A stretch of DNA of 64,000 nt from Rhizophagus irregularis (Eukaryota): NCBI RefSeq assembly GCF_026210795.1, contig NC_089435.1, positions 682,001-746,000 of the forward strand. Reading direction: 5' to 3'. The stretch's first letter is position 1, and the number at the start of each line of letters is the position of its first letter. This document shows, piece after piece, positions 52,017 through 64,000 of the stretch. The position numbers and the translations under genes were made by a program. The notes beneath the pieces are model-generated. The model had not been told where the DNA came from, searched no databases, and saw only the letters and a list, made by a program, of their open reading frames with translations.

Positions 52017-53110
52017 ATGTTATTGATCAAACTCAAAAATTGGAAATCGACATATATTTATTCCCACCACACATTCATTTGCATAACCAGCACGAATTAC
52101 TACTATAAAGCTTTTTCATATATTCATTTATTTCAAAAGTATTCAGATTTTTGGTCATATTTATATAAAGTTTGTAAAATTGACGAATGTGATTTTACCA
52201 AACTTGGAATTACTAACGAATTTAGTAAATACATGTGTAAAGGTAAGAAACATTTAATTTATTTATTATCTTCTATTCAAGTTATAATAATTTAATATAT
52301 TTAACATATTAGAAAAAGGAGTATATTTTATTTCGAATCTTATAAATTTAAATAGAGAACTTTGTCAATTCCAAGAAAGTGATATAAACAGGTTAAGTTT
52401 ATTTATAATAGTACTTTAAGTCAAGTTGTCATATACCAATTAACCAAATTAACCATAATTTTAAAATCAAAGTTCATCAGGGCTTGTATTGTGTTCTAAA
52501 AATGAAAAACTTCATTTAGATTTGCCTATACTATATAGTAAACATTCTAATGATTATCTTATTTGTAAAATAAATGTTAAAAAAATATTATCTAAAGATT
52601 GCTTTATAAAATGTATATATAATAATAATGTAAGTTAATTATTTAAAATCTCTATCATTATATTTAATTTTAAATTAATATTAACTCAATTATAGAAATA
52701 TAATCAAAGTGAGCATATATTAAAACATGAAGATGTGTCAACACTTGAGGGATTAGGTTGGATAGAATATCTGGATTTTAGATGTAACTCATTTAAATCT
52801 CAAATTTCAATTGAAATAAATTCTATTGAAATGGTATGTTCCTATTTACTTATTCAGATTAATTTCCTCTCAGAACAAAAATATAATATTATTCTTTAAT
52901 ATACAGTACATAGCAAATAGATTATGTTCGAACTAGAGGTGCTTATACTAGAAAAATAACTCCCATTCCTAACATGAGTTTGATGGGTTATTTGTTACCA
53001 GATTATCACCAATTTTTCTCAAATGTTCCGGAAACTTTCAAAGACAAGTATTTTTCAAGAAAAGAAATGGAAAATTTACTTGATTTAAATGATATTCTTA
53101 GTAACTTATA
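52017..53110 (+). pseudogene. Possible multi-exon gene relic of unknown family
   Basis: Coding-like blocks separated by short AT-rich gt...ag segments (donors near 52242, 52392, 52630, 52833); no recognisable domain. Confidence 0.3.
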
Positions 53111-53184
53111 ATTATTTACTTTCTTATTATTATCATTTTGTTTTATTCAATATACTTTGAAAATTTTTAAAAATTTGAACCATT

Positions 53185-56100
53185 TTAAAACAATAAAAAG
53201 ATATTATTGGGCGTTTTTTATAAAACTAGTAACAATTTTGTTGATCATTTGTTGATCATTTATTTTTAAATTTATTATAAATTTTGTCACGAGATTTTCT
53301 ATGGAAATCATTTCTCAATTTGTTATTAAAACACCTGCTGAATTGCCTCGAAATTGAAAATCATTTCTCTTTTTATAAAAAAATTTCCTTTTTGGTAAAA
53401 AACTCTCAAATTAATCTTATATAACTTTATTGTAAATGACAATGACAATATCAATGTCAGTGACAATGTCAATGTCAATGTCAATGTCAATGTCAATGTC
53501 AATGTCAATGTCAATGACAATGACAATGAAAAAAACTTCTAATGCCAACTTTTTGCAAAAACTCTTCCTGTGCCACTGAAAATACCTGTTAAATTGAGAC
53601 ATCATTCAATATTTGCATGTTTTCATTTGTTTGCTGATCAATTTCGCTATTATAATATTATTTACTGTTGTAGCATTTTCGCTATAATTTAAAAAATTTT
53701 TAAATAATTTTAACAAAAAACATTTTATTGTTAATTAATAAATTATAGTTTTTCAATTTGATTTTTAAAATGTTAATTTTAAAATAATACATGTATTATG
53801 ACAATTTCTCTCTATAAAAAAAATAAAATAAATAAAATAAATAATAAGTAGAGGTTAGAACCATCCAAAAAAACCTTACTGGGTAGTAAATTTTATATGT
53901 ATTTATTTATCCATTCCTAGGAGATTTTGCAGTGAAAATTAACTATTGATTATACTATAATAAACAGATTTGAAAATTTGAGTAATTCAGAAAGATTTGC
54001 ATTTTTCAAATTAGAAAAACTTTTAATTTATTCATAATTTTAATATTATTTTACAATTGTAATAGCAGGAGATATAATTTGGCCTATCGGTCATATATGT
54101 AATACATATTACCAATTTAAATATAGGATTTCCGATTTTAATATTGCAACATGTGATCATGTATTACGGTTATTAACAAAGAATTTTTTTATTTTTTCAG
54201 CTGATTATTTTTTTGTCTTTTCATTTACAAAAACCTAATAAAATAGAAGTAAAATTTTATTTTTTTTCCTTAAATATAAACACAAACATATTTAAATTAA
54301 ATAACTTAGAATTTAAATATAAACAAATATTATAGTTTGTTTACACATATTTCAAATTATGGTTTGAGCATTTTGGCCAAAGTAAATCTTGCTCTTTAAT
54401 TAAAAGTAGTTCAGCAAGTTTGAAGCTGTTAAGATATTAATCTACATGAAAGCACAGTTAATATTTTTGGAGTTATTTACATTTTTACATGATAGTACTA
54501 AGTTACAAATTTTTTTTACCTTCAGAGCGTATTTTGGGCAGTTTAGTCAAAGTAAATCGACTTCTTATATTAATTGAAAGTTTTTTGGCGGGTCAAAATC
54601 TGCTTGGATATTAATTTTCATGAAGGTACAGTTAATACTTGAAGAGTTATTCACGTTTTTCACAACGGTACTCATTCACGAATTTTATTTTTTCCGTTTT
54701 GTCACTTCAGAGCGTATTTTGAGCACTTTAGTCAAAGTAAATCGACTTCTTATATTAATTGAAAGTTGTTCAGCGTGTCATAAGCTGCCTGGATATTAAT
54801 TTTCATGAAGGTACAGTTAATACTTGAAGGGTTATTCACGTTTTTCACAACGGTACTCATTCACGAATTTTATTTTTTCTGTTTTGTCACTTCAGAGCGT
54901 ATTTTAGGCACTTTAGTCAAAGTAAATCAACTTCTTATATTAATTGAAAGTTGTTCAACGAGTTATAATCTGTTTGAATATTAGTTTTTATGAAGGTACA
55001 GTTAATACTTGAAGGGTTATTCACGTTGTTCACAACGATACTCATTCACGAATTTTATTTTTTCCGTTTTGTCACTTCAGAGCATATTTTGAGCATTTTA
55101 GTCAAAGTAAATTGACTTCTTATATTAATTGAAAGTTTTTCAGTGGGTCATAATCTGCTTGGATATTAATTTTCATGAAGGTACAGTTAATACTTGAAGG
55201 GTTATTCACGTTTTTCACAACGGTACTCATTCATGAATTTTATTTTTTCTGTTTTGTCACTTCAGAACGTATTTTGAACATTTTGGTCAAAGGAAATCGA
55301 CTTCTTTTATTAATTAAAAGTTGTTTAGCAGTCAAAATCCAATTTTCATGAAAATGCAGTAGAGTAATTTATATTTTTTATGATCATACTATACTGAATT
55401 GCAAATAAATTTACATTCTTTAATGTATTTTTAAAATTTAAATTTTATTTAATATTACTTAATAAAGCATTATTATTTAAAATTAAATTTAATATTACAA
55501 TATAAATTTTTCTTTATTTTTTACCATACAAAAAAATTGTATATGGATTATGGAATCTACATTTTTATATTGGTAATACACTAACGATCTATGAAATCGG
55601 CTGTAAAAGTCACAAATTGGACAGATGTAGCCAAAAATTGGCTATCCGATTTTTTGCCAATTTTTACTTATTCTGATTCTTTTTTTAACGCGTTTATTTA
55701 TTAAGTTCATAAATGATTACATAATTAACATACTTATTCTGATAATAGGCAGTATATATAAAGTAAATTGCATGTATACAAAAGGTTAACAATAAATGTG
55801 AATAAATGAAACTTAATAAATAAATGCAATGTATGAAACATTATAAATTAATGAAATATATTAGTATTAAAAAACAGATGCTATTCTATTATTTGAATTT
55901 AATAATAAATATATGAATTTAATTAAGTACTTTAAAATGTGGAATATTAAAAAATATGGAGATTTTATTTTTTTATAAGCATACAGTATGAATATACAGT
56001 ATAAAAAAAAGATATATCATTTTATTGTTTCAAAATATAAATGGATTAATGGAGTTTTTTTCTTTATATAAATCATGTTAAAATCACATCGCAAAATATC

Positions 56101-57077
56101 TTTTACAAAATAAATATAATTTCGTCCATATTATGTTTCTATATTTTCATATCAATTTTTATTATTTTTTTTTTTGCCACTATTTTATTAATAGAAAATT
56201 TAAAAACAAATTTTTATAGTGATAAAAAAATTATTAAAAACACTAAATAAATAAAAGAATTACAATGATGGAAAAAAAATTGGCTTTGACTGAAAAAGGA
56301 ATAATATTCATTTAAAAAAAATTTGTAATTACAAAAACTGAAAATAACTGGATAGCTGCATCATTCATTCCAAGAGGATGGGAATAGAAAAATTATTATT
56401 AATACAAACTAAGTTTTTTTGTAAAAAAAGTGATTAAAATTTCATTAACCGGAAAATTATATTAGCAATAAAGAATTGTGTATAATATGACCCGACCGCC
56501 AATCAAATAACATGGACAGATCATGTTACATACAGATGGTGGCCTAAATGATCCGGCCACTTTTCAAAATTAAAAAATTTTTATATGTTTTATAAAATGA
56601 AAATAAAAATTTAACATGTTCATTACGCCTTCCTTTATTGAATTTTACAATAATTTAATAATTAATTCTATATCCATTCGCGAAAATAACAGCATTGACC
56701 CTCTGAGGCATACTATCAATTAATTTTCGATAATATTCAGGAGGGAGATCATCCCATGCAACCTTGACGTATATTATCATCATATCTAATATTTTATTAA
56801 AATCAATACAAACTATTATATTTATATTTATCTTTATATTATTACCATTTAACATGTTACAGGATTAATTCATTTTGATCATTAAATATAATATTTCTTT
56901 AATAAAACTAATAAACTCAAAATAAACCATAAAATTTATTATTTGATAAATATACAAAATACAAATCAACTTTTTAATATAAACCCTATTATATTACTTA
57001 AAATATATATAAATAATTACTGAATAATGCAATAATTATATTATAACTCACTAACAATACCAAATTACCCTAGTTAT
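53185..57077. mobile_element. Unclassified ~3.9-kb non-coding dispersed unit, copy 2 (inverted relative to copy 1, no hAT insert)
   Basis: Reverse complement of 21234-26397, including the microsatellite, the 185-bp array (~54390-55350) and the Tc1 remnant (~56533-56770). Confidence 0.75.
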
Positions 57078-57469
57078 CTATAAAAAGAAAATCTTTCATT
57101 TCAAGAATTTTTTATTGAATGTTACTAACCGTTGGAAATTTATTATCTACACCTGGGAAAATACACAAAGAAATTTGAATGATGATATTTCATAAAATAT
57201 TAGTAATTCAACTTTATAGAAAGAGATAAAATATTACATAAAACATTTAGTCATATTCTTTAACTGGATATAACAAATTTTATTAGTTAAATATAACCGC
57301 TGATATTTTATTTTTAACAACATTATCGAACAAAATGTAATTGTATAAATTATTTTATTGATACAATAAATTATATTTAACAAATTATAAAATATATATT
57401 ACTGTATTATCTTTACTATAAATAAATAAAAATCTCTACTAATATAAAAAGCTTTAGGATTTTTTATAA

Positions 57470-57775
57470 GGCCACGCAAATTTGAATTTTCGGCTCACTT
57501 CACCCGGCCGGGTCACTTTTTCAAATTTCAATAAAAAAAAGTTTATATATAAAAAATTTATCACGTAATCAGGACGTAATTTTATTGGCGGGTAAGTTTA
57601 TCACGCGGCTGAGAACTTCTAGAGCGAAAATAAATTCCTCCCTTTTAAAAGTCAACCAATCAAATGTCACGATATTATATATAAACTTTTTTTACTAATA
57701 AACAATAAACCCTGGGTCCCGGGTCAATTTTAAATTTCAATGTTACGTGAACCGAAAAATTGAATTTGTGTAGCC
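57470..57775. mobile_element. PIF/Harbinger-type MITE, 306 bp
   Basis: Imperfect 29-bp TIR ggccacgcaaatttgaattttcggctcac / gtgaaccgaaaaattgaatttgtgtagcc; TAA on both sides. Confidence 0.8.
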
Positions 57776-59351
57776 TAATTATTAAAAAGAATCCAATCAT
57801 TACTTTTAACCAATTTTTTTCTTTCAATTTCAGCTACTTCAATTATTTCAGGATTTAAATTCCATTGAATTTTCCAATTTTTAATAATATCAATGATTTC
57901 ATTAATATTTGGTCTATTTAAAGGTGAATTATCCCAACATTTTATCATTAAATCTAAATAAGATTTTGGAGTTCCTTTAATAATTTCAGGACGTAAACCA
58001 TTAATAATTTCTTTTATTAAATTTTCATCATGAGAAAAATGAACAAAAGATTGTTGACCTGAAGTTAATTCCTATATTATCATCGCGAAAGAATAAAAAA
58101 GGAAAGATATTTTCAACAAAAAGCATATGGCTATTTTTTATAACTTCTCATCAATTTTTGAAAGACTCAAATTTAACAATTTACGATAATGATCAATTAT
58201 TACATAATCAAGGATCGACATTTTTGTTTGATTTACTTAGTTGACTGACCACCCCAAGTCGATGCAACGTATCCATGATCATGTATAGCTTTCAGTCCTT
58301 TCGCTATTTCTAATAATATGAAAATTTTCTGATACCAATCAATTTCAATAAAATTATCTTGAAGATATTGTCACAAATCTCCTTCGCTTGCATATTACAT
58401 AACCAAAATGTAATCGTTGGTTTCAGGATCCTGTATAATTTTGGACTTTTTTCTGAACTCATTACAGTGTAATATGAATGAAGCTATATCAGAAAGGGGG
58501 CGAGGAAGGAATAAAAAAAGAAAAAATTGATCTAATCTTTATGATAAAATCGTTTCATACCTGAAGTATAAAATCAGCTCCATTAATATTCTTTGAATTT
58601 TTTAATTGTTTAAGAACTACATATTGAGATCCTGTTGTACTTTTATCGCTAAACGAAAATGAAATATGATCTATTCAAAGATTAAATAGAATAATATTTA
58701 TTATAAAAACATATAGCAAATTAAAATAACAAAAAAATTCAATCAACTTCACATCAAGTCTAGTGATTCTCTCTTATTTTTTAATTTAATAACAATTTTA
58801 AATGAACCATCCGATTTTTTTTTTATTATCATATAAAGATAAAAATTGTAAACCAAATTCTCTAACATTATTAGGAGCTTCTTCATAAATTAACTTCCAA
58901 ATAAAATCATCATTATGTTTTTCTACTTCATTTATCCAACCTTTCATCGTGCCAAAATAAAGTCCATTATTCCAAGAAGCGAGATAAACTTTACTATAAC
59001 CACTTTCTTCTAATAATATTATATACAAATTTATCAAGGGAATTAATTTTAAATAATTTTCTTTAACAGGATTTGTTAATTGGGTTTTTTAATAAATCCA
59101 TCTAATAAATCTATTTCACTTGTCCAATAACCAAAATTTTCTTTAAATAATTTTGTTTCACATTCATTACATCATAATATTGAATTTTTTTTATAAGGTG
59201 TTTCACATTTAAAACTATTCTGATGCTGATAAAAGTGATGAGATGATGGAATTGGTTGTTAATAATTGTAAACTCTACTAAATATGTTTCCGTATAATCT
59301 TTTGATGCTTGTTTGATTTCTAAATACGGTTGTCACTTTTCTGATCGCATC
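57776..59351 (-). pseudogene. Tyrosine-kinase-like kinase pseudogene with Cys-rich N-terminus
   Basis: CETPYKKNSIL*CNECETKLFKENFGYWTS, SGYSKVYLASW, YVVLKQLKNS and GLRPEIIKGTPKSYLDLMIKCWDNSPLNRP; many stops and frameshifts. Confidence 0.8.
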
Positions 59352-59948
59352 TCTAAATAAATAAAAATAAATGAAATAAAAAGAATTCTAAAAAATTATT
59401 AAAATAGCACTTTAAATAATAATATGATGACTTACATATGTATATTTAATTTTCAAAAAAAAAAAGATCTAAATTTTGCGAAAAAGAAAAATTCAAATTT
59501 AAAATTAAATAACTAAAAAAAATCCACTATATTTAATTTGTATTGATCTATATAAATTGTTAACGGATACTTGCCTTTTTTAATCATATTCATTTTTGGT
59601 TCTTCTTGGGATGATACAATCAGTGATGCAATCGACCGCAGCAGATCACAGTCATCGCACTTTTTTTTTTATATTTTTTGGTTCCTTTTTTCAAACTGAA
59701 AAAGCCAAAATCAATTTTTTTTTATTTTCTTTGGCTCAAACCAAAAAATAAATTTTTTTTAATCAAGCTTTTTATTTTTTAGTTCAAATCGAAAAATAAA
59801 TCTTTTGGTTTTTTTTATTTTTGTATTATTAGTTATTTTATTTTTTTTGTAAATTATTAATAATTAATTAACACCAACTGAATTTTTTTCTAGTATTCTA
59901 TCTCCATCTTCTAAGTTGTAGTAAATTTTTTATTATATAAATAAAATA

Positions 59949-60909
59949 CAGTCAACTCCCTCTATAGTCACTCCCGTTATAGTCACATTCTACTATATAG
60001 TCACACCAGTTGAATGTTCAAAACACTTTATTATTAAAATCTATCCTATATAGTCACAATCTATCTATAGTCACTATCACACCTATCCTCAAAAATCTTA
60101 TATTAAAAAGAACCGTTTATAATCACAGTTATATAAAGAATATATTAAATAACTTGGCATCTAATAATCGTACAAAGATGTATCATAGCTAGTTAGAATC
60201 GTCTCACTGAGACGAATCGAATGGTGGTAGTTTTATCCTTTTCCAACCACTGGCTGACGAGTTATTCAACAAAATGTTAAACATCGGCATTATAATATTT
60301 CTTGATTTACGTTTACTGCGCCATTTAACATTTTGCTAGATTTCTCGGTACCTAGTGATTGTAAAAAGACGATATATAGCTCGTTGGAATCGCCTCATCG
60401 AGACGAATCGAATGGTGGTAAGCTCATCTCTCTGTGATCAATATTGGCGGAGTTATTACTTAAAAACCATTTAATATTTTTTAATTTCGGAAATTGATCT
60501 AGTGATTGGATTTCGATGTATCTTATACCATTAGATTCGTCTCATCAAGACGAATCGAATGGTAGTATGATCGTCTCTCTAGGATCAATATTGGCAGAGT
60601 TATTACACAAAAACTATTAATATTTTTTTAATTTCGGAAATTAATCTAGTGATTGGATTTCTATGTATTTTATACCATTAGAACCGTCTCATCAAGACGA
60701 ATCGAATGGCGGTAAGATCATCTCTCTACGATTAATATTGGCGAAGTTACGATACAATAAAGTTTTAAGTATAATTCTGGCTAAAATTATGTTAATTTTT
60801 GGCCGGAATTATGATATACAAATATAAGAAATTTTTTATATAGTCACATCTCTTTATAATCACCAAATATGGACTGTCCCAAATGTGTGACTATAAAGAG
60901 AGTTGACTG
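59949..60909. mobile_element. Tc1/mariner-pogo-type non-autonomous element, copy 2 (961 bp)
   Basis: Same TIRs and TA flanks as 29238-30344; exactly 146 bp (one internal repeat unit) shorter. Confidence 0.92.
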
Positions 60910-62230
60910 TATTTAATTATATTCCATGATACTAATGCGATACTCGAAAATTTTAATTAAATTAATTTTTTATTTGAAAAATTAACGAAAATAAAATGTA
61001 ATATAAAAAAGACGTGTACACGAAAATAATAATAAAATAATTACGTAAAAATTAAAAATAATAATTGAAATAACATATAAAATTGAAATTAGTTTGAAAT
61101 ATACTTTAATAAATAAATGTTATTTTACTAAAGCAAATTGGAAAAGAAATACACCCAAGATTTAATAAAATTTCAAAAGTTTAATTTTATAAGTATTATG
61201 AGTTACGAAAATAGATTTAGTATTTGTGGATTGTTTGATTGACTTTACAGGAATAAATCTACTGGTCATTCATATACTGCACTTTCATAATTATCAACTG
61301 AATATATTATTATAAGATGTGATCTTTATTTTGATGATAGATAATTTTTAACTACAAAGCAGTTAATCAGTTTGATTTATTTATTATGTATTGTTATATA
61401 TATTATTATATTTAAATTTGAACATTTAAATTTCCACGTAATTTTCATGATGAAGTATCACAATTTTAGATTTATTAGTTTCTCTAAGCATGTAGAATAT
61501 CTTAATTGTATAATTATTAATTAATTCACCAGACTGTAAATTTAATTTATGAGTATTCACTCTCTTAAAGTTCTTAAAGAACATAGTTGCTTAACAAAAT
61601 TAACGAATGAATTGATTATTAGTAATTACCATAATTTAAATTTTCTTCATTACCAATTCAAAATTTCTGAATTATAAACTTTATTTGCAATTTATTTTAA
61701 ATAAAGATAACCCCGGAAATCAATATATAAGGATTCTAAAAAAAAGTTACGGACAAAGTGGATCACAAAATTTTGATTAATAATTAGTAGGTAGGTAATT
61801 TTTTCCTTATTATGCAAATGGTTGCGTTATTTTAGATAAGTCCATATAGGATTTAATTTAGTAGTTGTTTGTTAATTTTGAATTATCAGGAAAGTTTCCT
61901 TGATTTTATTCGTATAAAATTCAATCATTTCAACCACTTAGAAAATAACAAAAATAACAATAAATTTAGTCAAGAAAATCGTAAAAATAATAAAAACTGA
62001 AAACCATTAAAGGATTATAACAATAAATTGAATGTGATGAATTATTTTAATATCTAATAATTTTTTCTGAGATTAGTTATTCTATAACTTATTCAAAGCT
62101 TAATTTGATTGAGTACAGTATATGAACTCAATTATTTTCATAATATCAAATTGAAAAACAATCTTGTTTTAATGAACAAAAAATGGTAATGGAAGATGAA
62201 ACAATTATCTATAAATTTAACTTTTTATTT

Positions 62231-63693
62231 TCATTTTTTAATTACTTGAAATACTTCATAATCTTCTACTTCAAAATTTGCTGGAATTCCTATTTTAGGA
62301 TAACGTTCTCTATTATTATCATAAAACCAATTGTTATTACAACAGTATAAATCACCCATAGTTGGTCCATAACTATTGGCACAATAAACAGCATAATTCT
62401 GATTATTAACATAACTCATTTTTGCAGTAGAAACATTTTTTCCATTTGTAAAATTAAATAAAAAACTATCTGCTGTAGTTTTCCAAGACTGACTTTGATC
62501 CCAATTAAGCGGGTTATGCCCACCAATTAATTGTGTAGAATTTTTAATTTTTGCAATCCAAATAGTAGCTCCTTTATTGTCACAATTTCTATGAAAAGAA
62601 TTAGTATCATTTCCATCTTGACTTGAACGATATAATAATTTAAGATCATAAGGAATATTTTTTCTATTATAATGTGAAGAATCTTTTTTATCAATCCATG
62701 AAGCAAAAATGGGAACATGGTTTGATTCAATCAAGGTTGATTTAATGCCAGGTTTTCTTGAAGGTGTCAAATTATTTTTAGGTTTCATATTAGGAACTAT
62801 ATAAAATTCTAAAAGTTTATGAATTAAATCTTGTGGTAAGATATCTTTATAACAATAAACTTTATAAAAGAAGTCTGTAGGTTCAATATCATAAAATCGA
62901 ATTAAAGGAATAAATCTGTACAATGCCCTTTCAATCTTTGTGATATCTTCTTTATTCCATTTTGATGGTTCATTCTTCACATTTTGTTTAGAAAAACACC
63001 ATTTTAACAAATTTTCCCAAATTTCAATTTCATCCATATTTAAATCATCTTTTTTTAATAATAATTCTAATAAAGGAGCTTTTAAATCAATAAATTTATC
63101 AGAATCAAATAAAACTTTAGGTTCTTCACAAATTTTTTCAAGACAAAAATTCCATAAATCTGTAAATGTTTCATGTTGATAAACAGTTTCAAGAATTCCA
63201 GTTGGATTTTGGTATAAAAATTCAGTTTGATGTTCAATCAAAAATTCTTGAATATGAGAAATCAAAGGATGAATATTAAGCTCATCAACTGCAATTAACA
63301 ATTTCAATACATCAGGACCTTGTAAATTCTTTAATTCAATATTTCCACAATAAATAAACCTAATATACAATGATATAATATTAATTAGTCTTTTCTTTTA
63401 TTACACAATGTTAAAATTTATTATATATATCATAAATACCTAAGAATGATATTAAATAATTGTGGAGAAATGTTAGGTTTTTTGAAAATAAATTTTCCAT
63501 CTTTTTTCTCAGCCCATTCATTAGAAAATGCGGAGCGAAAGTATTGAGACCTAATAGATAAAATATTTGAATGAGCATGAATTTCCTTAACATATTGCTC
63601 TTCGCCAGCGTAAATAATAACGTCATATCCAATTTCTGTCTCAAAAAGTTTTTCATAATCGTTAGATAATTCTGCCAAGAATTTTGAAGACAT
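62231..63693 (-). CDS. BTB/POZ-BACK-TLDc domain protein (2 exons)
   Basis: Exon 63693-63440 (YDVIIYAG...HAHSNILSIRSQYFRSA), GT-AG intron, exon 63359-62231 (FIYCG; LLYRSSQDG...FHRNCDNKGAT; EDYEVF). Confidence 0.92.
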
Positions 63694-64000
63694 TGCTTTT
63701 AATTTATAAATGTAATTAATAAGAATAAGCAAGAAATGCAGGAAATTCAGTAAAAATTTAAGTTTGAGGTACGAACTCTTTTATATTATTCTATGATGAT
63801 CAATTTCTATAACCGGAAACATTACAATTCCGAAATAGGTCTGGTACTACTTAACAGCAGTGCCGATTTCGGAATTTTTCGGATGTTACTTTGTATTACT
63901 AGTGACATTAACTACTGCGGATTTGTGTTTATTTAATAATTTATATTTTGAGTTACGAAAATAGATTGGTTTATTTATGGTTTGTTGGTTGATTTTGCAG

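Noticed and set aside
21234..57077. Giant composite transposon or inversion bounded by the two inverted 3.9-kb copies
   Set aside because: Both flanks of copy 1 are contiguous at the paralogous empty site (~1374-1410), so copy 1 inserted alone and the intervening DNA has not been inverted.

Overview
Very AT-rich eukaryotic DNA with GT-AG introns. The gene content (TKL kinase-Sel1, Sel1-only, F-box/RNI-like LRR, BTB-TLDc, Crinkler-type NTPase-nuclease genes) points to an arbuscular mycorrhizal fungus (Glomeromycota, Rhizophagus-like); this is an inference. It is a birth-and-death region. Apparently intact genes: a 5'-truncated LRR gene (1-1233), a 5-exon kinase with ~29 Sel1 repeats (14187-18931), a Sel1 gene (26742-28517) and a BTB-TLDc gene (62231-63693). 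About ten further genes are disabled. Ten non-autonomous DNA transposons can be delimited by terminal inverted repeats (TIRs) and target-site duplications (TSDs): 3 CCCTA/3-bp, 3 CAGT/TA, 2 PIF-like/TAA, 1 hAT/8-bp, plus 1 MULE-like/9-bp. Most notable: (i) the kinase's near-identical Sel1 array varies almost only at a few amino-acid positions, like a shuffled immune-receptor repeat; (ii) an unclassified ~3.9 kb non-coding unit occurs twice in inverted orientation, with an empty paralogous site in the window; (iii) MITEs carry 146-bp and 185-bp tandem arrays, the former with a dyad-symmetric core. No rRNA, tRNA or CRISPR array is supported. All coordinates were read by eye, and family names come from motif recognition, not database searches.
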